DNA of 64,000 bases, from positions 1,750,997 to 1,814,996 of the forward strand of contig BQFW01000010.1 of assembly GCA_020891255.1 (NCBI GenBank), given 5' to 3'. The DNA is from Entomortierella parvispora E1425. Lineage: Eukaryota; Fungi; Mortierellomycota. Under the pieces are notes generated by a model that made no database searches, was not told the origin of the DNA, and worked only from the letters and a program-made list of their open reading frames with translations. Both the position numbers and the translations under genes were made by a program. Shown piece after piece: positions 28,784-42,253 of the stretch (positions are counted from its first letter, which is position 1; each line of letters starts with the position of its first letter).

Positions 28784-31700
28784 AGGTTAGAGAAGTAGAG
28801 CAAAGATGTAATGAATAGAGAGGAAAGAAAAAGAAGTGAAGAACGAATGCATGCACACATGCAGTGCTCTCTGCTCCCAAGAGTCAAGACTCATCGATAG
28901 GTCATGTGATTGCAATGATTCATTTGTACGGAGAGCGGTAGGCCAATCAGGTGGCTCGGATTTTATCAATTTTGTCTTACCCACAGCAGCAGGCGTGATC
29001 AATCTACACGTGACCGATGACTCGTGTTTTGCACGCACGTAAACCATGGAGTTGCACTGACTCACTCAACACACGCACCATGCTAGCTTCGCTGCACGAC
29101 AAACTCAAGCTGCAACCCTGCAACCTTACTTCGTGCCGAAGTCACTCTCAGAATCAATAAAGGAAGCTGACGGGATAAGCGCGAAACGAAGCTTTGTTTT
29201 CTTTTTTTTTTTTTTTTTTTTTTTGGCTGTGCGTCTGCGCCTTCGATGCACGCACTACTGACATGATCTGTGCTCTTTCAATCGGAGGCACAAGAAAGGT
29301 CAGCGGCTTTATCCTGACTCTTTTCATGTCAATCGGGGACTTGCACCTGGAGGCGTGCCGATATTCATGGATGATGGCAAACAAGCAGGCGAAAACAAAT
29401 AAAAGATAACGACTAGAAGATGCTTCCTACGCAACTGTTTAAAAAGAAGGAGCGCGAAAAAGGATCCAGTTTGGGCCGCTTTTGTCAAACCTGCGTCCAA
29501 CTGTCAGCCTGCATGCATTGTTTTGCGCCCTTGTCAAAATAGTTCAGGATGTGGCACCCACACCATGGTGGACTTGTCTACCGAACATGCTCGCTCTGCT
29601 GGTGAGCGCTCAGCACTGCTGCAATGGAATTGTCAAGAGCAAAAAAAACAAAAAGTTGCAAGAGCAATTTGACCTGCGGCGGGATCCAAAATTGAGGCAA
29701 GCGAAAAAAAAAAAAATGTGAGCGAGACGGGCTTCAGTGTGTGTTTCCTTCGTTGTTCCCCTGCTGCTGCTGCTGCTGCTGCTGCTGCACCTGCAGAGGA
29801 CCATCGTGGAACTCTATTAACAAACATTGCCCGAGCGTCGCACATGTATGCTGGCTACTACTCCTCCCCAGGTCAATGCCGTCTTCCAAGAAGCAGTCTG
29901 CCAGCAGGCATTGAAAAAGTCAAACGAACGAACAAACGAATGTTGGCTTCCAATCCATGGTACCTTTTTCAAAATGTTCCATCGTCCAATGGTGGCCTTT
30001 CTTCCTCGGCACAAACGCCGTATTTGTCCACCCAGGTACCTTGATGTAGTACGTGTCCTGCCGTCTGTTAGACGGGTAAAGAATTGATAAAGACAATTGC
30101 ACAATCCATCTCAAAAAAAAAAAAAAGAGAGTGAAAAGTTGAGCACTGCAGGTGGGCGAAAGAATATTCTGTCTGAACGCGATCGACACGGGAGAGTAAA
30201 AGTCAGACTCTCCCTCTGACCCACCTTTCTCGATCTCGGATATTCCCCCTTAGTTCATGCAACTGGAACATTGCAGGAAAGAGGGGTCAGGGAGAGACAT
30301 GGGGGTGAGGGATGGGGGGGAAAGAACAGCCAAGGAGAGGTCGTGAGTGAGCCAAGGGGCTGATGAAGGGAATATCTGAATATCAACACAGCTACTCCTC
30401 GCGCACCAGTCTCGGCCACTGGGCCATTGCATTCCTCTTTCTTTCTCCTTGGGGAACTCAAGGGGAGAGCGGTAGCCAGAAACAAAGGAACGGGGTGATG
30501 AGCGGGATAACTGCATGATTGTGGGATCCGCGCAATGCGTCTCCCCATCAAGTTAAAGCAACTGGAACCACACTCAACCCTCGCACTTCAATTGCTTCCC
30601 TCTCCTTGCTTCGAGCTCATCCCTGATTTTTTTTTTTTTTTTTTTTTTAAAAAAAATGTCGCGCCATGGAACCAATTGGCTCATAGATATTCCTGGCAGT
30701 AAGCATCTGGACAGATTGTTCGGCGAACAGGCAATGAAGAAATCATCCCCGGCACAACAGGGAAAGACGATGGAGGTTTTGGTCTGTTTTCGACATTTTG
30801 TTTGCCAGTTTGTGCCAGTTTGTGTGTGTCTGTCTTGGGTGTTTGTGTCCTTTGTTTGTCCTGTGCTCCTGTCTCCTGGGAGGATGGCGACGGGAGCGGA
30901 CTACAAATCTTTGAGGTTGTCTTCCCGTGCTACTGTTCATGCATGTCAATGCAAATCAATGCAAACAGACACAAGAACAGCTACACAACAACAACAAAAT
31001 AAAACAACAACGACAAGGGAACCACTCCATTTTGCAACCGGAACATGCTCTCAATCCATGTCTGTCTCTCTGGAGGCTTTCATTGTCGGAGACGCGAACC
31101 TCTTTAGTGCAAGTGCGAATGAATGTATCCGTTTCTTGTACATGTATGGGCATCTTTTACAGGTCTACCGCACAAGAACATGTCTACAGCAACTGCGGTC
31201 CATGGTTGGGAAGGGGGGGGGCATCGCGGGAATGCAACGGGCTGGAGGTCGATCCGCACAGGCATGCACATGTCGTGAGGATAGAAGGATCGGTTGCGGA
31301 GCAGATCGCTTCCTTGCGTCTTCCTGCTGTTACTTCTGTTGCTGCATCGACCTGTAGGCTCAGCAAACACGAACAAAGGCAACGCAAAACAATAATACGT
31401 CGAAGCCAAATACACTTTATGACTCTATTATTCAGGGTCAACTTTATTGGAGGCAAACCCACAACGCGTCTGCAGATGGTGTGTCGATCCGACAAGAAGG
31501 GCTTTGGAGGCAGAACTATTGTCATACAGTTGTTGGATACTACCGATGCGACAAGAAATATATGAACTGGTCACTCTTGGCTCCCGTTTTGTCCTTTGTC
31601 TTTGTCACCGCACAAGCACAATGAAACCGACCACTCATGGTGGCGCACTGCACTATGTACAACCTTGGGTACATGTCCACGGACGGCTCGCGGGACGTGG

Positions 31701-32711
31701 AGAATGCAACCAATGGTGTTCTTGGAATCAATCGTCGCTTGCGCTCCCAAGGTTTGCCTCTTTCTCTCTTAAACAGAAGACTCGCGATTGGGCAAAGCGT
31801 ATGATTTCTTTACCCACCCTCGCCCAGCAGAACTAACAGGAAATTGAAGGAGAGGAGGATCATGGACATTCGCTGGCACCTTCGGTGTGGTCGACAGTCC
31901 ACTGTCCGAGCCAATGACTCGGAGTAGCAAGGCAGATTCTCGTGGAAGGCTCCTTGGCCTTCTCCTCCCCCATTCTCGTGTGCTTTTCTCCCTGACGACC
32001 CCTTTCTATCGCGCTGCTCTGACAATGCAGCGGATCCTGTGAAGGACGGCACCTTTTTTTTTATCTCTTTGCGTTGGGACAGGAATGTCGTCGTCCCATG
32101 TCCCCTCTTTCTCCGATCGAGACCCATCTGGACTCTGTTAACCCTTTTTTTTTTTTTTTTTTTTTTTGACTCCTGTTGCTGTGCAAAGCCATGCAGCACT
32201 ATCGCAGTGTATTCATTTTTGGTGAACAAATAGTCCATTCAATTGTGGTTTTGATTGAATTAGAACAACACTCTGAGCAGCGGTCCTGACTCTTGCGCGA
32301 ACGACAGACAAACGGAGGAAGGAATACTTGTTGTCGACATGACATGGTTGTCCCTGCATTGCCCCCGGGAGGAAGAATAAAGACTGCATCTCTGGATCAC
32401 CCACCCTCTGAATCTCTTGCTCACTCTTACTCAATTTCTCGCACTCTGGTCTGCTCATCGACGACAAGAACAAACGGGCGGACATGTGTCGTTGCTATAA
32501 TTACAAGTGAAATTCCAACGAGCAATTACACGAGCAGCAACGACACATCGGTGCAATTACCGACCAGAACAGAGAGTATAGAACTGAGCAAAGGAGGAAG
32601 AGCCACAGCGATGAGAAGAGTTTATCTGACTGTTGGATACTTGACTATATTTATGTGTGTACCCAGCAACGCTGAGCGAGTGAAAGCACAGAGAAGGAAA
32701 AAAAAGCTGAG

Positions 32712-32715
<4 letters not shown>

Positions 32716-32742
<27 letters not shown>

Positions 32743-32760
32743 TGTGTGTGTGTGTGTGTG
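32716..32760. repeat. Compound (GA)n(GT)n microsatellite
   Basis: Direct reading of the sequence. Confidence 0.9.
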
Positions 32761-33228
32761 CTGTTTGTGCGTCTGTAAGAGAGGTGCTCATCCTTCATCG
32801 ATCCATTCATTCATCCACTGATACTCGGATATGTGCTCACAAGTTGAATTCCCTCTGTCTTCTTTGTTTCTCTCTGTCATCGATCAGATCGCATCCATTT
32901 TATTGTTCGTGGCTATTCTTCCTGTAGTACTGACGAGTGCGGTGCAGGCAGTGAACGGGGAGAAGAATGAAAGGCCTGAGGGTGGATACCAAGGGTGACC
33001 ACGCCATGGTAAGAACATGTAGTCTACCGACAACCGACTGAATAGACATGCAGCTCGCCGGCACGTCAATGGTCGTCCGCTCTTTATCTGTCAAGCCAAG
33101 CCAATTCAACAGAAAAAGACTATAAAAAGATGCGGCCATCTCCATCCCATCTTGCGCTGTTTTTCTTTTCCTTCTACCTCTTTCCTTTCCTTTGTCTCTC
33201 CTTTCTCTTTTCTTTCCTTCTCTCTTCC

Positions 33229-33231
<3 letters not shown>

Positions 33232-33273
<42 letters not shown>
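33232..33273. repeat. (TC)n microsatellite
   Basis: Direct reading of the sequence. Confidence 0.9.
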
Positions 33274-33277
<4 letters not shown>

Positions 33278-35571
33278 TTGTCTCCTCCATCATCCTCTTC
33301 CTCGTCTCTTTCCTCTTGTCACTTTCCGCACCGCTATCCATCTCTTCTTTTTGTAGTTCTATTTGACTGATCCAGTCCTCTCCCTTTTGTCCCTCCCCGG
33401 CCATTCTCTGCATCCTCAGCATCCTCGCATACACCTGCATAAATTGCATACAAACACAAACCCCTTGTATCTGCTATTCCCACAGCTCTCCCATCCTTTC
33501 AACACTCGCACACAACTGTCAACCAAGGACAACGATATCCAGAAGCAAGTTGTATGGTAAAGACGTCCCTCCACTCTCTTTTTCGTTTGCGTCCGTTCAT
33601 ATTTCGTGTTTATGTGGGTCATCGAGCCATCGGCCATGGAAATGCAACATGTCACCTGCATTGGACCTTTGGCGGAAATGGTGTGCTGATCAAGTTTGGT
33701 GCGCCGATGGGTTTCTGAAGAGTGTGTTTTGACTGCACCTGAATCAGTCTTGACTCGGCTCGACTCGACTCGACGCTTGTTTGTCAGGAGGGAGGAAGAG
33801 GGAGAGAAGGAAAGAATAGAAAAAGTAAGCAAAGACAGAGCAAAGCACAAGCCGACAAGCCAACAAACAAGAGTGGACGAGAAAAAAAGGAGACGGAGAG
33901 CAAGAGAAAGAGAGAGCGAGCTGTGTCCCCTTCCTGCCTGCCCTTCCTGCCTTCTGCCTGCCGGCAACCTGCCGGCCTGCTTCTCCCTCTCCCTTCCTTC
34001 GCTGTCCCCACCCGCTCGCCCGGGAAGATAACAAACAAATGTACGGCAGCAGAACACAATCACGAAACGAACGCGCTTTTTTTTTGCTTCTTCCCTCTTC
34101 ACACGTTCCGTTTCGCCTGTCATCCTCGCTGCCTCCCTTCCTTCCTTCGTTCCTTCCTTGCCCGTTTGTCTGCTTGTTTGCCTGTGCCTGTGCGTACTTG
34201 CGTCCTTGGACTCTTCCCTCTTGTTTTGCGGTTGCGTCGGTGCATCGGGGTGCATCGAAGCAAAATCGCGCACAGCACTGCGTCCTCCCCCCTTCCCTTC
34301 TCTATTGCTGTTCTCCCTCAGCCTCTCTTCTCTTTTCTTCCCTCTCTTTCTCGTGCCTCCCTGCCACTACTACGCCTTGCCCAGCTGGTCCTGGAACGAA
34401 ACTCCCGGTGGGACGAACATTCATTCATTTCAGACAGGGACTTTCAGTCCTGTTCTCCCATTCATTTCAATCTCACCGACGGGAAGGTGCCCATGGGACA
34501 GGATGGGACAGGATGGGATGGGAATCCCAAAACAGCCATGTCTGCATCCTCGACTGCCCTGTCTTCTCCACTCGACCCAACCCTTCTCTCCTTCCCTTTC
34601 TCCTTCCTTCCCTCCCCTCGAATCTAATCTGTTCGATCCGGATCGTCTCGCTTGCATTCATTTGCCCCTTCCACCCTACATTCCACAAGGCGGCCACTCT
34701 TCACCAAGTAGGTTCGTTGCCAGCCTTCTGCAACTCCGGCTCCCTTGCCTGAGGACAGCTCACCCAATCCCGGGCCTGTGCTTGCTCACAGCAGCACCTT
34801 TCCGAGTTGAAGCCGGCTCTGCCTCCTCGCCGGAGGGTCGTTTGAGGACCTGCCTTTGTCCTTCTGCTTTACGCCCAACGGGCTGTCTCCTCACCCCACC
34901 CACCCCACCCTTCCTGGCCCACTCTCCTTGTGCCGTTTGTTGTGCGTGGTTCTACCCCACCTTCTTTGCTTTGATTGCTTTGTTTCGCGCACACTGGCTT
35001 TGTCGGCATCATTGTCGGCGTCTTGCTGGAGGTGTCTGTGCTTGTGCCCATTGTTGTCGTTGTTTGTTGTCTTTTGCTGTGTATTATCAGCGAATCCTCT
35101 CTTGGTCCCTCCTGCCTATCAACCTTCTCTGTCACTCTTGTTCTCATCCCTGTCTTTGTCCTGATTATCTCTATTCAAACAACCGTTCCATCTCTAACCG
35201 TCTGCTCAACCCTTTGTCTATTCCCACGATGTAGATATCGTTCCTTCTGCACTCCTCTTTGTTTTTATCTGTTCATGAACTGTAGTCTGGTTGTCTCTCA
35301 CTCTCAAAAAGGACTCTATAACGCCAACCGTCTCGCTCTGCAACGTCCGCTGCAGGACCAACAGTCCTCTTCCTTAAAGCTCTGAGCCTCGATTCATCAA
35401 GGTCTATTAGTCCCTCGGCCCCCTTACGCACTGGTCCGCCGTCATCCCTTGTCCAGCCTCCTGGACAATCGTAATTCCCACAGTCTTCCCAAGCTCAGAT
35501 CCAGAACCGATCTCATATCTGGTCCTGTCCGCACTCCCTTTCCCACCCAGATCTTCCCAGCAATCTCAATC

Positions 35572-38259
35572 ATGGACAACTCTCCCTGGACAGGCAATTC
35601 TCCGTCTGCACAACCTATCATGGGCTTTGAGTGGTCCCGCGATCAGAATTTGCAGCCATCAGAGTCGATTCCTCGACCTGTCAATCTCCAAGGCGCCTTC
35701 CAGACCGCGCCTCACCATCACAACGGCAACGGAAGTGGCGCCAACGGTGGAGCACTGATTCACAACCAGCCCTCGCCTTCATCCGTCCCCCCAAGTCACC
35801 CAGCCCAGATCGGGTTGAATGATCAAAGTCTAGGCGGTGGCGGTCTTCATAGTGCAGATGCGGCGGCGTTCAACGCAGGCCAGCTACACCAACACCAGCA
35901 GCAGCAGCAACATCATCATCAACAACAGCAACAGCAACAACAGCAACAACAACAGCAACAACAACGGCACCAGGGAGACATGCCTTCACGTGCTGGGAAC
36001 TCATCATCCCCTCGGGAGGAGTTTCATCATCACCAGCATATGCATCCTGGACAACAGCAGCTTCACCAAGGCCATTCTCCTTACAGCCAAAGCCATATTC
36101 ACGGGCATGAATTTTCTCAGGAACAACAACAGCTCCAGCAGCAACAGCAACAGCAGCAGTCTTTCCAGCATCCAGTTTACTCTACCGTCCATTATTACCC
36201 TGAGGCGTCCCAACATGAAGCATATGAACACAGTCGCGCACACAGCGGAGGCCTCGTTGGGCAGCCATATGGACATTCTCAAGACAACCTGTCTTCCTTG
36301 ACGCCACCCCCATCAGCTCCAGTACCGACTCACGACTTGCCACCTCTTCGTGCCCGCCTCACAAATACTATCTGGGAGGATGAACGTACCTTTTGTTATC
36401 AGGTTGATGTTAAAGGCGTATGTGTGGCTCGACGCGCAGGTAAGTCCTCGCTCACAATCCTTGGATAGGGTAATTTCGTATCAGCCTTATTCATGCTTTC
36501 CTCGTACTTCTAGACAATAACATGGTGAACGGCACCAAGCTTCTGAATGTCGTGGGAATGTCACGAGGCAAAAGGGACGGGATCCTTAAGAACGAGAAAG
36601 GGCGAATTGTAGTGAAAGTAGGAGCGATGCATCTGAAAGGAGTATGGTGAGTATTGACAAGATATGTCTCGATCCAATTTTTTTCTTCTTCCAAAGGCCT
36701 CGCTAACACATCCCCGCCATTTCCAACCATAGGATACCTCTGGAGCGAGCTGTTCATCATGCCAAAGCGCACAACATAGAGGAAATTCTTCACCCCCTTC
36801 TTGTCAATGATCCGACCCCCTTCCTATACCAGCATCCTCATGGCCCTGTCATGACCTCAGGTATGATCAATGTCATCGATTGAGTACTTTCCTTAACTTG
36901 CTTTTATAGCTTCATGATTCTAACTTTTCGCTCTCCTCCAGATCCAAGATGGACATCTCAGTCTCAACAGCAACAACAACATGATGCGTACCATGATCCC
37001 GAGGATTCACCAAGTTTGCGACATGCGGATAGTCACGGCAACCACCACTTCAGCCAGAACATCCACGGTGACTACTACCCGCACCCACATCACGGCTCTT
37101 TCCGTGGTCACGGAATAAGCCCACATGGATCTCCAAACGGGAGCAACGGCTCTGTCTCTGGTGGTAAGTCCAACCAACATGACCACGTTGATTCTTCCCG
37201 ACACATTAAAGTCTATAACGGCTCACTGACAGTTTGCATGGAATCATAGATGACGACCCCAATCTTGTTTCGCCCTTTGACTATCGAGTACAATCATCTA
37301 TCGGTGCTGGCGGTTTGATTGGAATCCCAGGTGGAGGATCTTCAGGTGTAGCAGATCTTCGATCAGGAGCTCACCATCCTCCATACTATGGTCACCAGAC
37401 CAGCCCTCATCAATACTACAACACTCATGCATCTCAAAAATACCAAGAGCCACTACTGCACCCTGGTCCGCATCAAATTCAGCTTGGAGGACCACTTGCC
37501 AATGACTCACCTCCGTTAACTACCACGTCCACCCACGGTACGCAATCACGCTATAGAATGTAGTTTGTGCTTCTAGGAGACCCAGACTAATAAGTTGACC
37601 ACTCGAATATACCACCCTATTACTCTGCTTCGATCATTATGGCTATGGATGATGTTGTCGTTGTTGTGATTGTTGCTGTGGTTGTAGTGCGGATCCAAGA
37701 CCATCCAGAAGGACTGCCATTCTCAGGGCAAAAGCGTTTATTCAATTTCAGTTGCACACCACATGGACACAAAATGTCTGGTCTGTCTGCATCGTCGGGA
37801 ACAAACACTGGCAACATATCGCCACCGTTGTCTGTAACTCCATCCGAAGGCTACTCACCAATGGCGCAGTATGATTTCCCTGGGCCATTTTCTCCTAGCC
37901 AGTCAGCAAAACGTCCACGACCAGTGGCCAGAGGCAGCTCCAACGATTCATCCATTCATACCACGTCTGGGCGCTTGTATAGTGGTGACGACGGCTTTGG
38001 AAGGACAAACGATGCTACCAACTTGTTTTCTCAACCGTCAACACCGTCAAGCGCGTATGGATCAACTGGCACAGGTTCTCAGCAACAATACCATTCATAT
38101 CAGCCTCAGTATCAACAGCAACAGTACCACCAGCAACAGGACATAGAGGCAGGACGATCAAGGTTCATTCCCGGTGACGATGACCATCCATCAACATTCC
38201 GAGATATTGTACAGGCAGTGGCACAATCAGGGGGCCCGGTGACATTTGGACGGACTTAG
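35572..38259 (+). CDS. STUA: APSES-domain transcription factor (StuA/Efg1/Sok2/Phd1 group)
   Basis: [78 protein letters not shown] over exons 35572-36439, 36514-36646, 36733-36860, followed by 36942-37163 and 37250-37537. Last exon (37688-38259) is less certain. PolyQ/His N terminus. Confidence 0.9.
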
Positions 38260-38675
38260 CCAATACCACGACAGATCAAACCTTGGTCAAGAGGCTGATG
38301 ACCCCTAATTGTTTACCCTCGGGCACTGCAGCTCAGAATCCTCAAATAAATAAGATGTATTCACCGCGATCACGACAACCATTACAAACTACCTTGCAGG
38401 AGTTCAGGATATATGATCATAGAATGATAAAGACCTCGTAGTGAATCGTGGAAGAGACAAATAGAAGAAAAGAATCGGTTTTAAAGTAAGCTGTCCTTTC
38501 TAATTGACATATCTTGACCAGCAGAGCAACACAGCACGGAGCAATCAAACCATGCAATGAGCGGAGCCATTGCCCTCCTGCGTCGTCGTAAATTCAGTGT
38601 GCGCCTAGGCAGGAATGTCCTATTTTATTGAAGGAGTTGTGCAACTACACACTGGGGATAGAAGGCGTTATCAGG

Positions 38676-39977
38676 CTAAATGACGATGAGGGTCCGAATG
38701 GCGATGCTGTAGCGATTTCCAGCCTGATTCTCCCTCTCCTTAACCGATCTGAATGGGTGACTTAATATATTCGTGAACAACTTACGGTACCAGTCGGCTC
38801 TCTGTAGGAACTGTAAAACAGATCCAAATTGAGGTGTAACATAAGACCAAACGAAGTCACCCTCCGATTCTGGAGTCTCATCTTCCCACTCGAGGGCCTG
38901 GCCATTATTTTCCAACATCAGGGTGACAAAGCTGGGTTCCTTTGTTCGGGATTCAGAGATCATCGCCATGGTCATCGGGATATGTCTATTGGCATATTGA
39001 AAATGGTGTTAGGTATCTGAGAGGGAGAGAGCTAGTAAGCGAGGGACTCGAACCCAGAGAAAACATCTGACTATCCTCGATAATAGAACGTTACATCTTT
39101 GCAAGCACGGAAACCGTCCACCAGTTTGGTACGTGTTGCTTTGCCAAGTTTTCCAACATCCTTTAAAATGACCTTGCGGATGTTTGTGTAATCCGGGAAG
39201 GCTGTTTCTTGATGGGCTGTCGGTATTTCTCTTTCTCCAAGGAAGAGGATGCCATGCTTGGCCCTATGAAAAAAAAACCCCCCACTGTGGTGAGACAGTG
39301 TACTTCCCAAGTTTGAGTACTGCACTTAAACACCGCTTACAACCGATCTGCAAGTTCTCGGTGACAGAATGTCTTGTTCTTGGCGAGCATTCAATGCTTA
39401 GTAAAGGCTGGTCCTAAGTGTTTCTTTTTAATGTTTCCCGAAAATATAAAAGGCGGTCTGGTGCTGTCGATCGAACCCGTTTAGCCGTCTGTATCACAAA
39501 GGCGGAGCTCATGTCTGCATCGGAGGCCCTCTTGGATGGAGGGGCAACTGCATCTCGACCAACTGATCCACATGTTGAGATCCTGGGAAGAATTTCGCGG
39601 TGTCCATCCGCCCTGTGAGCTTGGGGCTAGTGAAAGACAGCGTCCCCTCTCTATTCAAGAATGCAAACGCACGCGGATGTCAGCGTTCCAGGCGCATTCC
39701 ATGACTTTCAAGAATCTGTAATACCTGGTCCGCGTAGCGTTTGATCTAGGACGCGGTTGGTCCATGCAGGTGCCTTTTTCGTGGCCGCTTTCGAGATGTT
39801 GTCAATGATTTTGATCGCCAGCCAGAACGAATCTGCACGGTTTTTTCTCCAGTCCCGGAATTGAGTTGTTAGGCGGAAACGATGTTCACCGCTTTCCTTG
39901 CTCTTGATGAGACGGCAGTAAGCTCTATGGCTCGACCGTCTGTCAACAAAGAGGAACTCTGCCACAAAATCCGTCAA
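38676..39977 (-). pseudogene. Possible degenerate gene or transposon relic (broken co-oriented ORF fragments)
   Basis: Three protein-like minus-strand fragments (39977-39708, 39325-39071, 38975-38676) separated by stops, with no convincing splice structure. Family not identified. Confidence 0.3.
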
Positions 39978-41017
39978 TGTGACATTTCAGCCCTTCCCTA
40001 CTGCCCACAAGGTGAGGGTCCGAAGCAGATAGTTGACTTTCATGCTGACAGCTAGTTGACTCCCGCTCCAGAGGCTGCTCGAACTGCTTGACCGGGATTT
40101 TCATGCGATGAGCCGACATTGCGCTGCATGCATGCGAGGACAATTAGTTTTGGTTCAAACTCTCCAAGATGTATACGGACGAGATACCTGCTGACCGAAT
40201 GCCACGATAAAGAACGCAGAGATGTAGGATCAATCACGAACGATTTGGAGCACCGTGAGGAGAGTAATGGCAGGCACGGGCTCTGTTGAATCCTTGTCCT
40301 GGAGTCCTTGACGCGTTGGTGAATGTCCTTCTGGAACGAACAAAAGGCGCGTTGGGAGAGCCGCAGCGCCAGGGTGATTTCATCACGTGATCACCAGCAT
40401 CAGCTGCAGTGTCCCTGCATGCTGCATCTGCCCAGGACTCCTGCAGTGGCAACATGGAGCGCATGATGCGGCGCCGTCATCATTGTTAGTTGTTTCTTTC
40501 CCTCCTGTTGAGCATGCTACTGATCAAGTCAGTCAATTGAAGCTGTGTAGATATATAAAGAGAAATAAGGCGCGAATTGTCCTGGAGTCCCCAGGCGCGG
40601 ACGTGGCCAGAGGCCTCATGGTCCACGTCTCATGGTTTTGCACACTGTCTGTTTTCCATGTTGTCACTTGATCAATACCGTTTTGCACCTCAACCTTGCA
40701 TGCCGGACTACATTTAGAGGTATAGTATGGTTGCATAGGATGCATGCCTGTTTTTGATGTGATAAGGACTGGACAAACGCAAGAAAAAAAACCTTGAGAT
40801 GGACCTCTCTCTCGAGGCCAGGGGCAGCGTCATTGTTGATCAGTTTATTTTTTCTTTTAGGCCCAAACTGTCCTTGCTTTCTTGGTAATTTTGGCCGGCT
40901 CTCAACATCAGACCCCCTTGTTCCTCTTTCTCCGTCCTCTAATTCACTCTGTCCTCCCTGCAGACTCCAAAATCCGTCTGACACTGTTCCCTGCCCTAAG
41001 AACATACAAGTGGGGCC

Positions 41018-42253
41018 ATGCCAAGCAGAAAATATATACTGGAAAATGTCTTTGGAATGCTAGGCATTGTTTTCTGGTCCTTTCAGCTCCTTCCACAAAT
41101 CATTGACAACTATAAGGCCAGGACTACCAAAGGATTGTCTTTGACCATGTTCGTCATCTGGACTCTGGCCGCCTTGGGATTTGGATGTTATAGTATCGTC
41201 GAGGAATTGTCGATCCCGATCATTTTGCAGCCTCATATTTTTGGATTATTGTCGTTGATTGTATGTCTGCAATGCTTTTATTACGGCCAAGGAAAAGGAC
41301 AACAACAAGACGACTTTGGGGACGGTCAAACTCAGGGACTGGGCGAAGCACAAGAGGTACATGGATGGTCGGTAACATCGTGGAAGAGAGGCACATTTGG
41401 ACATTCACTGAAAAGAACCGTTTTGTTGGGCTTGCCTTCGTTCTTGGTCCTCGCAGGCATTGAAGTTGGAGCCGTTTTTGGGACAAAGGTACAGCAGATG
41501 GAAGCGATGAACAAAAACAGGAGACATCCATCGACATGACTTTTTTTCTTCATTCCCTCCATTACTCCATTACTCGTTCCGTTCATCCATGCAAACTACT
41601 CACCGATCTGATGAGATGGCGCAAAAGACCACGGTTCATCCCTGACTCACCTAGTTGTTCTCTCCAATTGCTCTACCGACAAATCTTAGGCTGGGATCGC
41701 ACACAATGTCAAGGGGACGCTCAGTGCATCCGGGATTATCCCGGTTGTCTTGCTCGGCCTGGGCTTTCTGCCTCAATATGTCGACATCTTCCATCACCGA
41801 TCCGTTGTTGGCGTTTCCATGGTCTTCATCACAGGAGATGCACTGGGCTCCATTTTTTCTTTGATCAGTCTGGCCTTCAGGGAGATTTTCGATCTTCTGG
41901 CGGCTATGAACTACGTGATTGTTCTAGTTTGCGATCTTATTGTGGTCGGATTTTTCATCTGGTTCAACAAGAACCACCCGGAGCTGAAACGCGAGCCCGG
42001 AAAGGATCGAGTGCTGGATGAGATTGATCCATCAACACCTGCGGGAAATCCCATGGTCGATTCAGGTTTAGAGACTTCAATAACAGTTACATCCCAAACA
42101 ACCTACATCGATAATTGCGCAAGAGGTGACCCTGGACACAAGCGGTCTTTTGGCCAGACCGCAAAGGATGAAGAACAGCAAAGCGAAGTTCCGCCAACGA
42201 CAATAATCTCTCAAACACTCCTCTCCACCCAACCTGTTGCAATATATTTATAA
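41018..42253 (+). CDS. PQ-loop repeat membrane transporter
   Basis: Two PQ motifs (FWSFQLLPQIIDNYKARTTKGLS; LGLGFLPQYVDIFHHRSVVGVSMVF). Exon 1 41018-41488, GTACAG..TTAG phase-0 intron, exon 2 41690-42253. Multiple hydrophobic helices. Confidence 0.9.

Noticed and set aside
36887-36909. U12-type branch point TTCCTTAAC in APSES intron 3
   Set aside because: The donor is U2-type (GTATGA), and the nearby AG gives an immediate stop; the downstream CTAAC/CAG site restores the frame.
39038-39058. B-box/tRNA-like GGGTTCGAGTCCC on the minus strand
   Set aside because: No cloverleaf context; a short chance match.
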